A stretch of 64,000 nt of DNA from a virus (Duplodnaviria; Caudoviricetes). The number at the start of each line of letters is the position of its first letter. Positions within the stretch are counted from its first letter, which is position 1. The notes beneath the pieces were generated by a model. It did not search any database and was not told where the DNA came from. It was given only the letters and a program-made list of their open reading frames with translations. A program made the position numbers and the translations under genes. The stretch lies in the IMG/VR virus record IMGVR_UViG_3300013936_000002, positions 1-64,000 of that record; one strand, written 5' to 3'. Of the stretch, positions 9,434-19,800 are shown piece by piece.

Positions 9434-10342
9434 ATGAAAGATATATTAGAAACAATTGATAAAATTACTTCTAATATTAATCTTATATCTTATGACTTAA
9501 AATATTGTTTGGTTGACAAGGATAAAAAACCTTTTACTTATCAAAATATCATGTGTCGACCAAACAATTTAAATGATTTTGTAGATTTAGAAACATTATT
9601 ATCTTGTGATAACTTAAATCAATATGCAGGTATAGGTATATCAATTCAAGCAAGTAATATTTGTGCAATTGATGTCGATAAATGTTTTTTAAAGCCTTTT
9701 GATTTATCATCAGCAGATGTTAGAGCAAAAGATTTATTAGAAATGTTTAAAGATTGTTATTGTGAATTTAGCTTTAGTGGAACAGGTTTAAGAATTTTAT
9801 TTAGTGCAAATGTAATAGAAGATTATTCTTCTATTTATTATATAAAAAATGAAAAAGTAAAAATTGAATATTATCAGCCATCTAATTCATATCGTTATGT
9901 AACATTAACTGGTCAAACCATAAAAGATAATCCTATTAATCAAAATAAGACTATCTCAAGCACGATTATAGAGTTTTTGAATAAATATATGGTTAGACCT
10001 AAAATCACTCGTAAAGTGGTTGAAAATAAAGAATATAAAGCAAATATTACATTTGAACAAGCTAGTAATTTAATTAAATATGAATATTTTACAAATCTTA
10101 GTTTCCAAAATAAATGGTTTTCAATACCTAGTGGAAGTGGTGGTAATGAAAGTGAAACAGACTTTGCTATCATTTCTTATATATTTGATCATGTTACTCA
10201 AGATAAAGAATTAATAAAAGAATTGTTTGAATCATCACCATATTTTAAGAAAAAAGATTATAAACATATATATAAATGGAATTATGGAAATTTTAGATAT
10301 TATAATTATATATATGATAGAATATTAGGAGAAGTTAAATGA
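9434..10342 (+). CDS. AEP-family primase-polymerase (NrS-1-like) with helical-bundle domain
   Basis: AIDVD, EFSFSGTGL, EYY...RYVTLTG and ESETDFAIISY motifs. Confidence 0.8.
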   Translation: MKDILETIDKITSNINLISYDLKYCLVDKDKKPFTYQNIMCRPNNLNDFVDLETLLSCDNLNQYAGIGISIQASNICAIDVDKCFLKPFDLSSADVRAKDLLEMFKDCYCEFSFSGTGLRILFSANVIEDYSSIYYIKNEKVKIEYYQPSNSYRYVTLTGQTIKDNPINQNKTISSTIIEFLNKYMVRPKITRKVVENKEYKANITFEQASNLIKYEYFTNLSFQNKWFSIPSGSGGNESETDFAIISYIFDHVTQDKELIKELFESSPYFKKKDYKHIYKWNYGNFRYYNYIYDRILGEVK

Positions 10343-12105
10343 AATTTATTATATATGATTTTGAAGTATTTAAACATGACACATTACTTGGTTGCAAAAT
10401 AATTGACAATAAAAAGATTACAAATTTTCAAACTTGGGATTTAGATGAAATAAAAGATTTTTATAACGAACATATTAATGACATGTTTATCGGTTGGAAT
10501 AACTATCATTATGATGATTTAATTTTAGAAACAATTATTAATGATAAAAATCCATATTTAACAAGTAAAAAAATTATTGATAAAAAATATGTTGAAAGAG
10601 ATAAAAATTTTAAATTAATTAGTTATGATTTAACTGAAAATCAATATTTATCTTTAAAATTAACTGAATTAATATGTGGTAAAAACATTCATACAACTGA
10701 TGTTAATTTCAATTTAGATAGAGAATTAACTGAAAAAGAAAAAAAATTAACTGAAAATTATAATATGGATGATTTGAATCAAACTTATTATAATTTTATG
10801 AAATTTTACAATCAATTTTCTTTAAGAATTGATATTATAAAAGAATTTAATTTAGATTTAGTCTCAAGTTTAAAATTAACTGAAGGTCAACTCGCAGCAA
10901 AAGTATTAGGTGCAAAAAAAATAACAGGTATTGAATATCAAAAAATAAGCCCAGTATTATATAATACTTTAAAAATTAAAAATGAAGGTTTAAAAAACTT
11001 TTATTTAAATGAATCTTTTAGAAAAGGTTATTCTTTAGAAATTAAAATATGTGGTAGTGATATTAAAATAAGTGGTGGTGGAAGCCACTCAGCTGAAAAA
11101 AAATCTTATTTTCCAAAACTTCTATATATAGATGTTGAAGGATTTTATAACTCAATAATGATTTATTATGATTTATTGCCTCGCTCAATAGATGAAAAAG
11201 GTAAAGCATTATATAAACAAATGTTTGAAGAACAATTAAAATTAAAGAAAACTAATCCACGAAAAAGAGCTGTCTATAAAAAGATATTATTAGCTGTTGG
11301 TGGTGGAATGAACAATCAATATACTGATTTCTATGATCCACAAAAATATTCGTTAATGTCAATTACAGGTCAATTATTTATATTTGACTTATTAGAGAAA
11401 TTACAAGATTCTAAAATCGATTTAACATTAGCACAAACAAACACTGATGGTTTAATGTTAGAGTTAAAAAACTGGGATAAAGATTTTATGAAAATTTGTG
11501 ATATTGTTGATGAATGGAGTAAAAGAACTAAATTCTCAGTAAAAAAAGAGATTTTATATGATGTTTATCAAAAAGATGTTAACAATTATATTTGCAAGGA
11601 TGAAAATGATGAAATTGTATTTAAAGGAAAATCAGTTAAAAACTATGATGTTTCCGATAAAGCGTATGGTTCAAAAGATTTATTTGGTTGTACTGAACCA
11701 CCAATCATAGCACAAGGAATTATTAATTTTTTATTAAATGATATTGAACCACATGACTTTGTTAATCAAAATAAAGAAAACTTATTATTGTTTCAATATC
11801 CATTAAAAAAAGGAACTTTTGATTATACAATTTATGAAGTATTTAATATTCATAATTTAGAAACAAAAACAATTAAATTACATGGTATAGATAGAGGTTT
11901 TGCTTATAACTCAGATGAAGAATATGGAAAAGTCTATAAGTGTTCAAAAAATAAAAAACAATTAATATCTGATTTACCTGCAAATATATTGATTTACAAT
12001 GATGATATAACTACAAAAGAGGCATATAACTATTTAAAAGATAAGATTGATTATAATTATTATGTAAATAGAATATGCGATAAAATAAATGAATTTATAA
12101 AATAA
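10339..12105 (+). CDS. family B DNA polymerase with 3'-5' exonuclease; atypical motif B
   Basis: ExoI YDFEV, ExoII GWNNYHYD, ExoIII YNMDD; motif A DVEGFYNS; motif C NTDG. Confidence 0.85.
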   Translation: MKFIIYDFEVFKHDTLLGCKIIDNKKITNFQTWDLDEIKDFYNEHINDMFIGWNNYHYDDLILETIINDKNPYLTSKKIIDKKYVERDKNFKLISYDLTENQYLSLKLTELICGKNIHTTDVNFNLDRELTEKEKKLTENYNMDDLNQTYYNFMKFYNQFSLRIDIIKEFNLDLVSSLKLTEGQLAAKVLGAKKITGIEYQKISPVLYNTLKIKNEGLKNFYLNESFRKGYSLEIKICGSDIKISGGGSHSAEKKSYFPKLLYIDVEGFYNSIMIYYDLLPRSIDEKGKALYKQMFEEQLKLKKTNPRKRAVYKKILLAVGGGMNNQYTDFYDPQKYSLMSITGQLFIFDLLEKLQDSKIDLTLAQTNTDGLMLELKNWDKDFMKICDIVDEWSKRTKFSVKKEILYDVYQKDVNNYICKDENDEIVFKGKSVKNYDVSDKAYGSKDLFGCTEPPIIAQGIINFLLNDIEPHDFVNQNKENLLLFQYPLKKGTFDYTIYEVFNIHNLETKTIKLHGIDRGFAYNSDEEYGKVYKCSKNKKQLISDLPANILIYNDDITTKEAYNYLKDKIDYNYYVNRICDKINEFIK

Positions 12106-12115
12106 GGAGAGAAAA

Positions 12116-12460
12116 ATGCAAGAATCAAGAATTTATAAATTATTTGAATTAAAAGGAAATATTGAAGAAGCTATTTCTAATTATGGTAAAGTAATTGAAC
12201 AACAAACTAACTTAGTTGATACATTAGAAAAATCTGAAAATAAAGAATATTTTAAAGATTTTATTAATGGTATTAAAGACTCTATTGAACAAGAAAAGAA
12301 AGATTTAGAAAAGACAAAAGAAAGATATAATGTATTAACATCTTTACTTGAAATCTATAATAAACAAGATGAACCATCAAAATTTGTTGATTATATTGTT
12401 ACTAATACATTCATTGCTTTAGGTATTGGTGATGAAACATCTAATAATAAAATTAGCTAA
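12116..12460 (+). CDS. coiled-coil hypothetical protein
   Basis: 114-aa ORF with AAGGAG RBS. Confidence 0.65.
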   Translation: MQESRIYKLFELKGNIEEAISNYGKVIEQQTNLVDTLEKSENKEYFKDFINGIKDSIEQEKKDLEKTKERYNVLTSLLEIYNKQDEPSKFVDYIVTNTFIALGIGDETSNNKIS

Positions 12461-12462
12461 TT

Positions 12463-14496
12463 ATGAATGAGATTCAAAGACAATTATACAGAGTTTTATA
12501 TAAAAAAAGCTTTTACGAATTTGTAAAAGCTTTTTGGCATTGTGCTGATCCTGCTCCTTTTATTGATGGTATTTTAATTGAATATTATTGTGAAGTTGCA
12601 CAATACATGTGTCGAGGTTGGTTTGGTTATAAACCAGTTAAAACAATAGAATTACCAAAATCCGATAATATAATTGTTATTGATATTAGAAAAGAAAACA
12701 AAAGAAATCTTAATTTAAACATTCCACCAAGACATTCAAAATCAATTATATTCAATATTATGCTTGGTGTATGGGTATGGATCAATCTACCTTTAAAAGT
12801 TGCTTCTATTTCACATAGAGATGATTTAGCTAAGAAAATGAATACTGGTAGAAAAAACATTATTAACTCATCTGAATTTAAATTCTTTTTTCCTGAGATT
12901 GAGTTAATTGCTAATACAAACTCACAATTAACTGATTCTCGTGGTGGTGAGTTATACTCAATCAATAGAAATGCTTTTACTGGTTATGGTGCTGATATTA
13001 TTGTTAATGATGATTTAACAAATGCAGAAGTAGCTAGAAAAGATAAAGAAGAAATGGATAATGCATGGGCTTATTTTGAAAACACTATGCCTTCAAGAAT
13101 TAACAATGTTGATACTGGTGTTATATTTAATATTCAACAAAGATTAGCTCCTAATGATATTACTGGTCATATTTTAGATAAACCTAAATTAAGAGATGAA
13201 TATATTTTTATTACATTACCGGCGATTTTTGAAAAAGATACTTATATCGTGTTTCCTATTAGTGGTAAAATTCATAAGTTTTCTAAAGGTGATTCTCTAT
13301 GGAAAGAAAGATTTGGAGATTATAAATCTTTAAGAAACCAAGTTGGTGAAACAATATTTCAAACTCAATATTTACAAAAACCTATTGCAAGTGATAGAAC
13401 AATCGTTAAAGAAAACATGATTATTGAAGTTGATGGGTCAGAAGCAGATGGGTTTGACATCTCAACTGGTTTAATTGATACTTATGCAGTTGATACAATT
13501 TATGCAAGTCATGACTTTCCTGTTAAAGATAAAGAGAAATCTGATAATCTTGGTTCAATATTAGCTTATAAATATGGTGCTGTTTTATATATTGTTGATG
13601 CTTTAGAAAAGAAAATGTCTTACACAGCATCTTTAGATTATGTACAATCAATCGATAATCTTTATCCTGGTTCATTACAAGTAATTGAAGATAAAGCTAA
13701 CGGAGCACCTATTATTCAACAATTACAAGATATTGTACCTGGTATACAAGTTTATTCCCCAGGAACTAATAGTAAAACTCAAAGATTAGAATCAGCTACT
13801 AACTATATACGGAATGTTAGATTTGTACGAACTATTTATGATAGATTTACTGATACTTGGAGATTATCAACTAATATGGAAAACTTGAGAAAACGATTAA
13901 TTTCATTTCCATTTGTTGATCATGATGATTTAGATGATTCATTTTCTCAATTAATAGCTTTTGTCTTTATGGATAAAAAATACATGGTTTATGGAAAATC
14001 TTTCTCGGCTAATAATATTATTAAAGATATTCCATCTATTGATTTTTCAACTATTTTCTTTAATAAAGAAGGAGATATTTGGAAAATTGTAAAAATAGGA
14101 ATACATTATGGTGAAAAAACATCAATTGTTGTTTTACAAGAAGATGTATTTAAAGCTAGTTTATCTGAAGGCATTAGTATGATAAAAGAAAAAATACCTA
14201 ATGAAACAGTCATTATTGATTGTTCTAGTACACCTGCAATGAATGGACTATATCATTGCAATTTGACTATTGAACGATATGAGATAGAAGATTTTGAAAA
14301 AAGTGTACAATCATTAGACATGGCATTTTATAACGAATCATTATTAATAGATAATCATTGCAAACAAACAATTAATGATATTGAAAAGTTTAAATTTGCA
14401 AAAACAAAAGACACTAACGACATCAAGTATAGAAGCGATAAAGATGGTCTATGTGCTTGTTTAAGAGTAGCATTAGCATATTATGGTATAAGTTAA
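12463..14496 (+). CDS. terL: terminase large subunit with extra C-terminal domain
   Basis: NIPPRHSKS Walker A, IIVNDD Walker B, QQRLAPND, QYLQKP, SHDFP, IEDKANG, HDDLDDSFSQ. Confidence 0.93.
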   Translation: MNEIQRQLYRVLYKKSFYEFVKAFWHCADPAPFIDGILIEYYCEVAQYMCRGWFGYKPVKTIELPKSDNIIVIDIRKENKRNLNLNIPPRHSKSIIFNIMLGVWVWINLPLKVASISHRDDLAKKMNTGRKNIINSSEFKFFFPEIELIANTNSQLTDSRGGELYSINRNAFTGYGADIIVNDDLTNAEVARKDKEEMDNAWAYFENTMPSRINNVDTGVIFNIQQRLAPNDITGHILDKPKLRDEYIFITLPAIFEKDTYIVFPISGKIHKFSKGDSLWKERFGDYKSLRNQVGETIFQTQYLQKPIASDRTIVKENMIIEVDGSEADGFDISTGLIDTYAVDTIYASHDFPVKDKEKSDNLGSILAYKYGAVLYIVDALEKKMSYTASLDYVQSIDNLYPGSLQVIEDKANGAPIIQQLQDIVPGIQVYSPGTNSKTQRLESATNYIRNVRFVRTIYDRFTDTWRLSTNMENLRKRLISFPFVDHDDLDDSFSQLIAFVFMDKKYMVYGKSFSANNIIKDIPSIDFSTIFFNKEGDIWKIVKIGIHYGEKTSIVVLQEDVFKASLSEGISMIKEKIPNETVIIDCSSTPAMNGLYHCNLTIERYEIEDFEKSVQSLDMAFYNESLLIDNHCKQTINDIEKFKFAKTKDTNDIKYRSDKDGLCACLRVALAYYGIS

Positions 14497-14521
14497 AAAG
14501 AGGTTCATAAGAGCCTCTTTT
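14496..14521 (+). terminator. intrinsic terminator after terL
   Basis: AAAAGAGGTTC-ATAA-GAGCCTCTTTT hairpin. Confidence 0.75.
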
Positions 14522-14528
14522 AATTAAT

Positions 14529-14662
14529 AAAAAAAGATATCGTTTGCAACCGATATCTTCTCCGTAGCTACTATAAGTTCGAAATTCCATAAGTCTTTTT
14601 TAGAATATTGAACTTGCGATTACAACATTCATTTTAAAGCATACTACTTTTTCAAACTTACT
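14529..14662 (-). ncRNA. candidate small RNA (~130 nt)
   Basis: Own promoter (14669-14697, - strand) and own terminator (AAGATATCG/CGATATCTT plus U-tract, 14529-14559); no ORF with an RBS between them. Confidence 0.45.
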
Positions 14663-14668
14663 ATATAA

Positions 14669-14697
14669 ATTATACTATATTTTTTTTGAATTGTAAA
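14669..14697 (-). promoter_or_regulatory. phage consensus promoter
   Basis: ACTA-TTTACA-17 bp-TATAAT on - strand. Confidence 0.7.
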
Positions 14698-14703
14698 TAG
14701 TTA

Positions 14704-15165
14704 TTATTCACTTTGATAACTTTTATAAAAATCATCAAAAGACCATCTTGTTATTAAACCAGTATTATCTATTGTAATAAAAATTGGAGAATATTTTAAT
14801 CTATTAACATCAAATGTTGTTATACCCGGAAAAAAAGCCTTTAAATTCATAAAGCTTCCACCTGATAAAACTAATGAAATAATATCTTTTAAATTGGAAG
14901 ACCACATAGGAAAATTTACAAAATAATTTTCATTAAATATTTTTATAATTACAATATCTGTGGAGTTTAAGCCAAAAGTACATGTGTTTATAAAGGATCT
15001 TAAATTATTTAAATCTTCTTCTTTTAATTGATATGTATTTTTAGTATCATCAAAAAATACACTGTTTAAACCATTATATATTTTAATATTAGCACATTCT
15101 TTTGCTTTTAAATTTTTATATGGTTGATATCTACCATTTCTTACATAATAATTTTTTAATTTCAT
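14704..15165 (-). CDS. hypothetical protein (last gene of the late operon)
   Basis: 153-aa ORF with AAGGAG RBS. Confidence 0.7.
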   Translation of the reverse strand: MKLKNYYVRNGRYQPYKNLKAKECANIKIYNGLNSVFFDDTKNTYQLKEEDLNNLRSFINTCTFGLNSTDIVIIKIFNENYFVNFPMWSSNLKDIISLVLSGGSFMNLKAFFPGITTFDVNRLKYSPIFITIDNTGLITRWSFDDFYKSYQSE

Positions 15166-15181
15166 ATTTTTTTATCTCCTT

Positions 15182-16156
15182 TTAAATAGCTGTTGGTGTG
15201 TCATCAACTTTAGTTATTAAAGTTCCATCTTTGAATTTCCAAACAGTGGTATATTCTATATAATTATTTTCACTAATTCTTATTTTAGTGCCGTTTTTTG
15301 CTTTTGTTAATGTTGTTAAATCTTGTAAACTATCAGCAACTAAATTACTTGAACTAATGTACTCTAAATAAATTTCATCATTTAAAGTAATAAAATGTCG
15401 ATATAAATCTATATTGCCATCACCATATAAAGTCATATCTCCAAATAGTGTTTTAAATTTTAATGCTTTCTTTTGATTAGATATTTCTACACCATCATGC
15501 TCAAGTATTATCGCACCTGTTGAATCAACATTTATATCCGTTGGTGTAACTTTAACTAATTCTTCGAATGTTTTATTGTTTCCGATTGCTTTAGTAAATA
15601 ATTTACCACTTGCAGTATCAATTTTTACTTCTTCAGTGTAATCAGTATCTTTTTCACTAGCTTTTATACCACCTAATTTTGTTTCGCTTGCTTGTGGTAA
15701 TGTATATGCACCTGCTGTATGAACATAAAGTTTCCCAGTACTTGCATCAATCTTTACTTCAGTATTGTCAATTGATGTTTTTGTTTCTGCTCTTATACCA
15801 CCTAAATCTTTTGCATTTGCTTGTGTAATTTCACTACTTATTGATTTTGCAGGGTATGAAACTACCATGTATAATGGATAAGTTCTATTGACTTCTTCGT
15901 TATTTATATAACCTATAATTTGAATTGTAAAACCAAATAGATCAATAAATTTAGGATCAATATCACATGTATTTGTACTATCAATAGTTTTAATATAAGT
16001 ATCATCTCTATCTTGTACAATTACTTTTTTAGTATCATAAGTAGACCAAATTTCATCAAAGGTAAAATTAGCAACTACATCTGCAGCTCTAGGTTTAATT
16101 TTGTTTGTATCAGTTCTTTTTAATAATTTGTCTTCTACATTAAATTGTAAATCCAT
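15182..16156 (-). CDS. tail fibre/baseplate-associated protein
   Basis: BppU-like N-terminus, two ASxxxLGGI[KR]A repeats, PTDINVDS-LEHDG module shared with 22196-24091. Confidence 0.6.
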   Translation of the reverse strand: MDLQFNVEDKLLKRTDTNKIKPRAADVVANFTFDEIWSTYDTKKVIVQDRDDTYIKTIDSTNTCDIDPKFIDLFGFTIQIIGYINNEEVNRTYPLYMVVSYPAKSISSEITQANAKDLGGIRAETKTSIDNTEVKIDASTGKLYVHTAGAYTLPQASETKLGGIKASEKDTDYTEEVKIDTASGKLFTKAIGNNKTFEELVKVTPTDINVDSTGAIILEHDGVEISNQKKALKFKTLFGDMTLYGDGNIDLYRHFITLNDEIYLEYISSSNLVADSLQDLTTLTKAKNGTKIRISENNYIEYTTVWKFKDGTLITKVDDTPTAI

Positions 16157-16194
16157 AATTTAAACTCCTTTCTTTAACATTATAATATAAATAT

Positions 16195-16857
16195 TTAATC
16201 AAATAACATTGGTAGTTTATCAAATTTCTTTAATTCATTTTGAACATACTTTTCAGTATTTTCACATCTTAATTTACTATCTTTGCAAATATCATAACTC
16301 ATCCATGTTGACAAAGAAAATGAATGTGTAAATTTTAAGTTTGTTTCTATTACTTTATCTCTTACCCAACATACACGATTAATAATAGTAAAGAAAGCAT
16401 TATCTTCATAACCTTCATTCTTTTCAGCTTCTAAATTAGGTATATCAACAATTTCAAATAATTTTCTTGATATGCACATTCCACAAAATAAAGCATTTTT
16501 TTGAGAAAAGAAAGTATTAGGATGTCGATATAATTGTTTTAAAAAGTCTTGTCCTTCTTCATAACTACCTTCAACATAACCATCATCATCAAATAAAATA
16601 ATATAATCAAAATCACTTTCTAAAAATTTTTGTCTAAGTATTCTTCTAGCTTTTGCAATACCTAATTTTTTATCGAATTTATATTCTATTAAATTTGTCT
16701 CATTTAAAGTCAAATCACGATAGTTTTGTTCAATAATGATAATTTGTATGTTAAATATAGAATTGAGTTGAGATAGCAACTTTTTACAATTATTAAATCG
16801 TTTTTCTCTAAACTCATTATCAGGCAAATAACTAACTATTCCTATACAAGGATTCAT
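16195..16857 (-). CDS. GT-A fold (GT2-like) glycosyltransferase
   Basis: IGIVSY start, LGIAKARRIL, DYIILFDDD (DxD), GYED motif. Confidence 0.75.
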   Translation of the reverse strand: MNPCIGIVSYLPDNEFREKRFNNCKKLLSQLNSIFNIQIIIIEQNYRDLTLNETNLIEYKFDKKLGIAKARRILRQKFLESDFDYIILFDDDGYVEGSYEEGQDFLKQLYRHPNTFFSQKNALFCGMCISRKLFEIVDIPNLEAEKNEGYEDNAFFTIINRVCWVRDKVIETNLKFTHSFSLSTWMSYDICKDSKLRCENTEKYVQNELKKFDKLPMLFD

Positions 16858-16860
16858 AAA

Positions 16861-19800
16861 TTAATCTCCTTTGCTTTTATAATACTCTAAATACTCAACG
16901 ATTGCATTATTATTAATAGAATCGTAAGGTGTAATTTTATTGTAGCCATTTTTGAGAAGTAATCTAGTTAAAGATGTTGCTTCAAAAGTTTGGTCAACTG
17001 TTTTGTAAGTAATAGTAATTGGATTTTGCTTGAAATAGTTGTTGACTTTTTCAACTGTCCAATTATTAAGTGAGTTGTCGGTGGAGTCATCTAGTTTGAT
17101 ATAGATAACACCATTGTTTGTTCCTATTCCTTTTTTTGCATCGACTTGTATATCACGGCATGGAACTAGTGGTAAATCACTTGTAGTGACCATAAGTTGA
17201 CTTGCATAGTTAATAGCATAATCGGTATTTAATGAATCAACATTTGGAATATTAAGCACTTGAATTGTACCATTATCACTCATAAACAAATTATTCGTTC
17301 CATCCAGTACAATCTCATTAGTTTGTCGATAAACCCCTTCATAGGTAAGATAGTCAAACTTTCGTAAAGGTTGTTTAATTAATACTTCTTTAGTGAAAGA
17401 GTAGTATGGTTCGTATTCTGGTATTTGATCACCTTCAACTACAATTAATGTCTCAAATAATAGGTTATATTCATATCGATAATTATTAGTTATTAACACA
17501 TACATATCTTTTTCAAGTTCTATTGTAGCACTAAAACCCTTAACAACTTCACCAACCTTTGAGCCTAAATCACCAGTCCAATTTATAACTTTTCCTATAA
17601 TCATATTTTTATCACTTTTAAAAGTGTATTTTCCTTTTTTTAAATAAATTACTTTCGAAACATTACCTGCATATCTATACACAATTTGATTTGAGCCACT
17701 AAATGTTACAAAAATTATAGGAGTATTTACATTATCAAACAAATTCTTCCCTTTAACATTCAAGAAAGCCGAGTATTTATCTTGATATGGTAAGAATGTT
17801 GTAGGTATTTTATTTCCTTCAACAAACATAAGTTTGAAAACCAAATTTTTGAATACTTGTTTAGGGTAAATTGAAAAACCAATTTTTTTACATTCATAAT
17901 TACTAATTGTTTTAGTTGCACTTTTTTCCCCATCTGCTAATGATATAAAATTAATCTCACTTTTTTTATCATATAAAATAATTCTCATACCATTTACAAA
18001 ACTAACTTCTTCAGGTATAAATGAGTTAAAAGAATATGATCCGTTTAAAGTCTTGACAAAATCAAACCACAACCATGTTTCACTAGTTATGCCTGTCGGT
18101 GTGCCATTTAAAGCAACGACACCATTTTTTATGCTATAAGTTACCCCTGCAATTGTGCCTTTAGTATCATGTAATTCAAGCAAATTTTTCTTATCGGCAA
18201 AGCTCTCAATGTAAGGGTCAAAATATGGTTCGTATGGAATTGATACATTGTCCGTTTCGTATAAGCCAAATGTTACATTCGATAAATTTACGGTGGTGCC
18301 TGAAGGTGAGGAATCTTGAACTGAAATCTGTACACTTTCATAATCACTAGCCCATGTAAATTTAGGATTGTCATAGCTTACAAAATATTCATAAGTTCCA
18401 TCAGTCTTTTTAATGGATGCTTGTAATATTAAAGATAAACTATTGCTACTACATTGTAAAACATAAGTTTTACCAACAACCATTTTATCAGTCATATCTT
18501 TACTATAAAATACAATATATTGTTGAGTAGATGTTCCACTAACAGTCATTTTTTGATTACTTGCATTATAAGTTAAGCCTAATAATGTAGTGCTTGCAAT
18601 ATTAGGTAAGAAAAACAAATTACTAGACTTAATCAAATTAGAAAATCCGTTAACCTTAAAATCATAACTTCTAGTAGGTTTAAAAGTTTCGGTAATAGCA
18701 TTTGGTGATGAAGTAAAATTATCATCACTTATAGTAGCGTTTGTATCTTCTTTAAAAGTCTTAAATGAAGTCGTATTAATCGTTGTTGGATTTTTAGTTT
18801 GATACATCAATAAAGTGCCTCTAATAGCCTTTTTGAATTCTTCTAATTTGTCTGAAGTGTTATAGGCTGGGTCGTAAATGATTAAATTGCCAAATTGGTC
18901 TAAAGTAATACCTTTTATTTTAGTAAATGTTTGGTCGGCTGTAATTGTATCATATCTAGTACATAATAAATTTGGTGCAATATTTGTTGCATTAGGATGT
19001 AAAATATCGCTTGCTAATTGATTACTTGCCCATCTAATTATTCCACTAGTTTGAGTATTGCTATCACTCCAATTAAAACTACCCAAGTCAACAACCTTAG
19101 TGTTCTTAGTTAGCGCATAATTGCTTAACTTGTCGCTTGCTTGATTATTTATCTTGCTTATTACATTACCTTTTAAATCTATCTCTCGTGGCTCAAGTCC
19201 GTTGTATTGCACAATTCCATTTTGCCCTAAACTTACAAAGTATGGATTTGCAAATGGTATAAATTGGCTTGGTATTACCGAGGATTTGACAAATGTTGGT
19301 TTAATAACAATATTATTAAATGTAGTTATAGTTGGTGCTGTTTGTACTGCGATATAACAAATCGAATAAATATTTGAATCCCAAACAAAGCTATTTTTCT
19401 TAGTTAAATATTGAGTTGTGCCATCTTTTTTTGCTAAAGAAAATTGTAAATATAAATTGTTATCGTTAGATATATCATTAAATGAATAAGTAGCACCATC
19501 TTCAAAATTTTCAGCACCTAATGAATTATCATAAATATGTGTATAGCCACCATTAGATGTTCCATTTACAACTATCATGCCATTTTTATAATAATATGTT
19601 AAACCATCTTTTGTCCTTTCACTTAAATCTCCTATTTCAAGCAAATTCTTAAAGTTAGGTTCAAAACTAGTCGGTGCAGTGCTACCTAAAACTAACATTG
19701 GTTTAATTATTGCATTATCTAATTCTGTATTTGGATTTACTCTAATAGTAAATGAAATGTTTGTTTGATTTTCTAAAAAATCAATACTTCTACTTGCGTT

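Noticed and set aside
14565-14605. tRNA-like GTTCGAAAT segment
   Set aside because: No T-stem, anticodon arm or acceptor stem can be formed.
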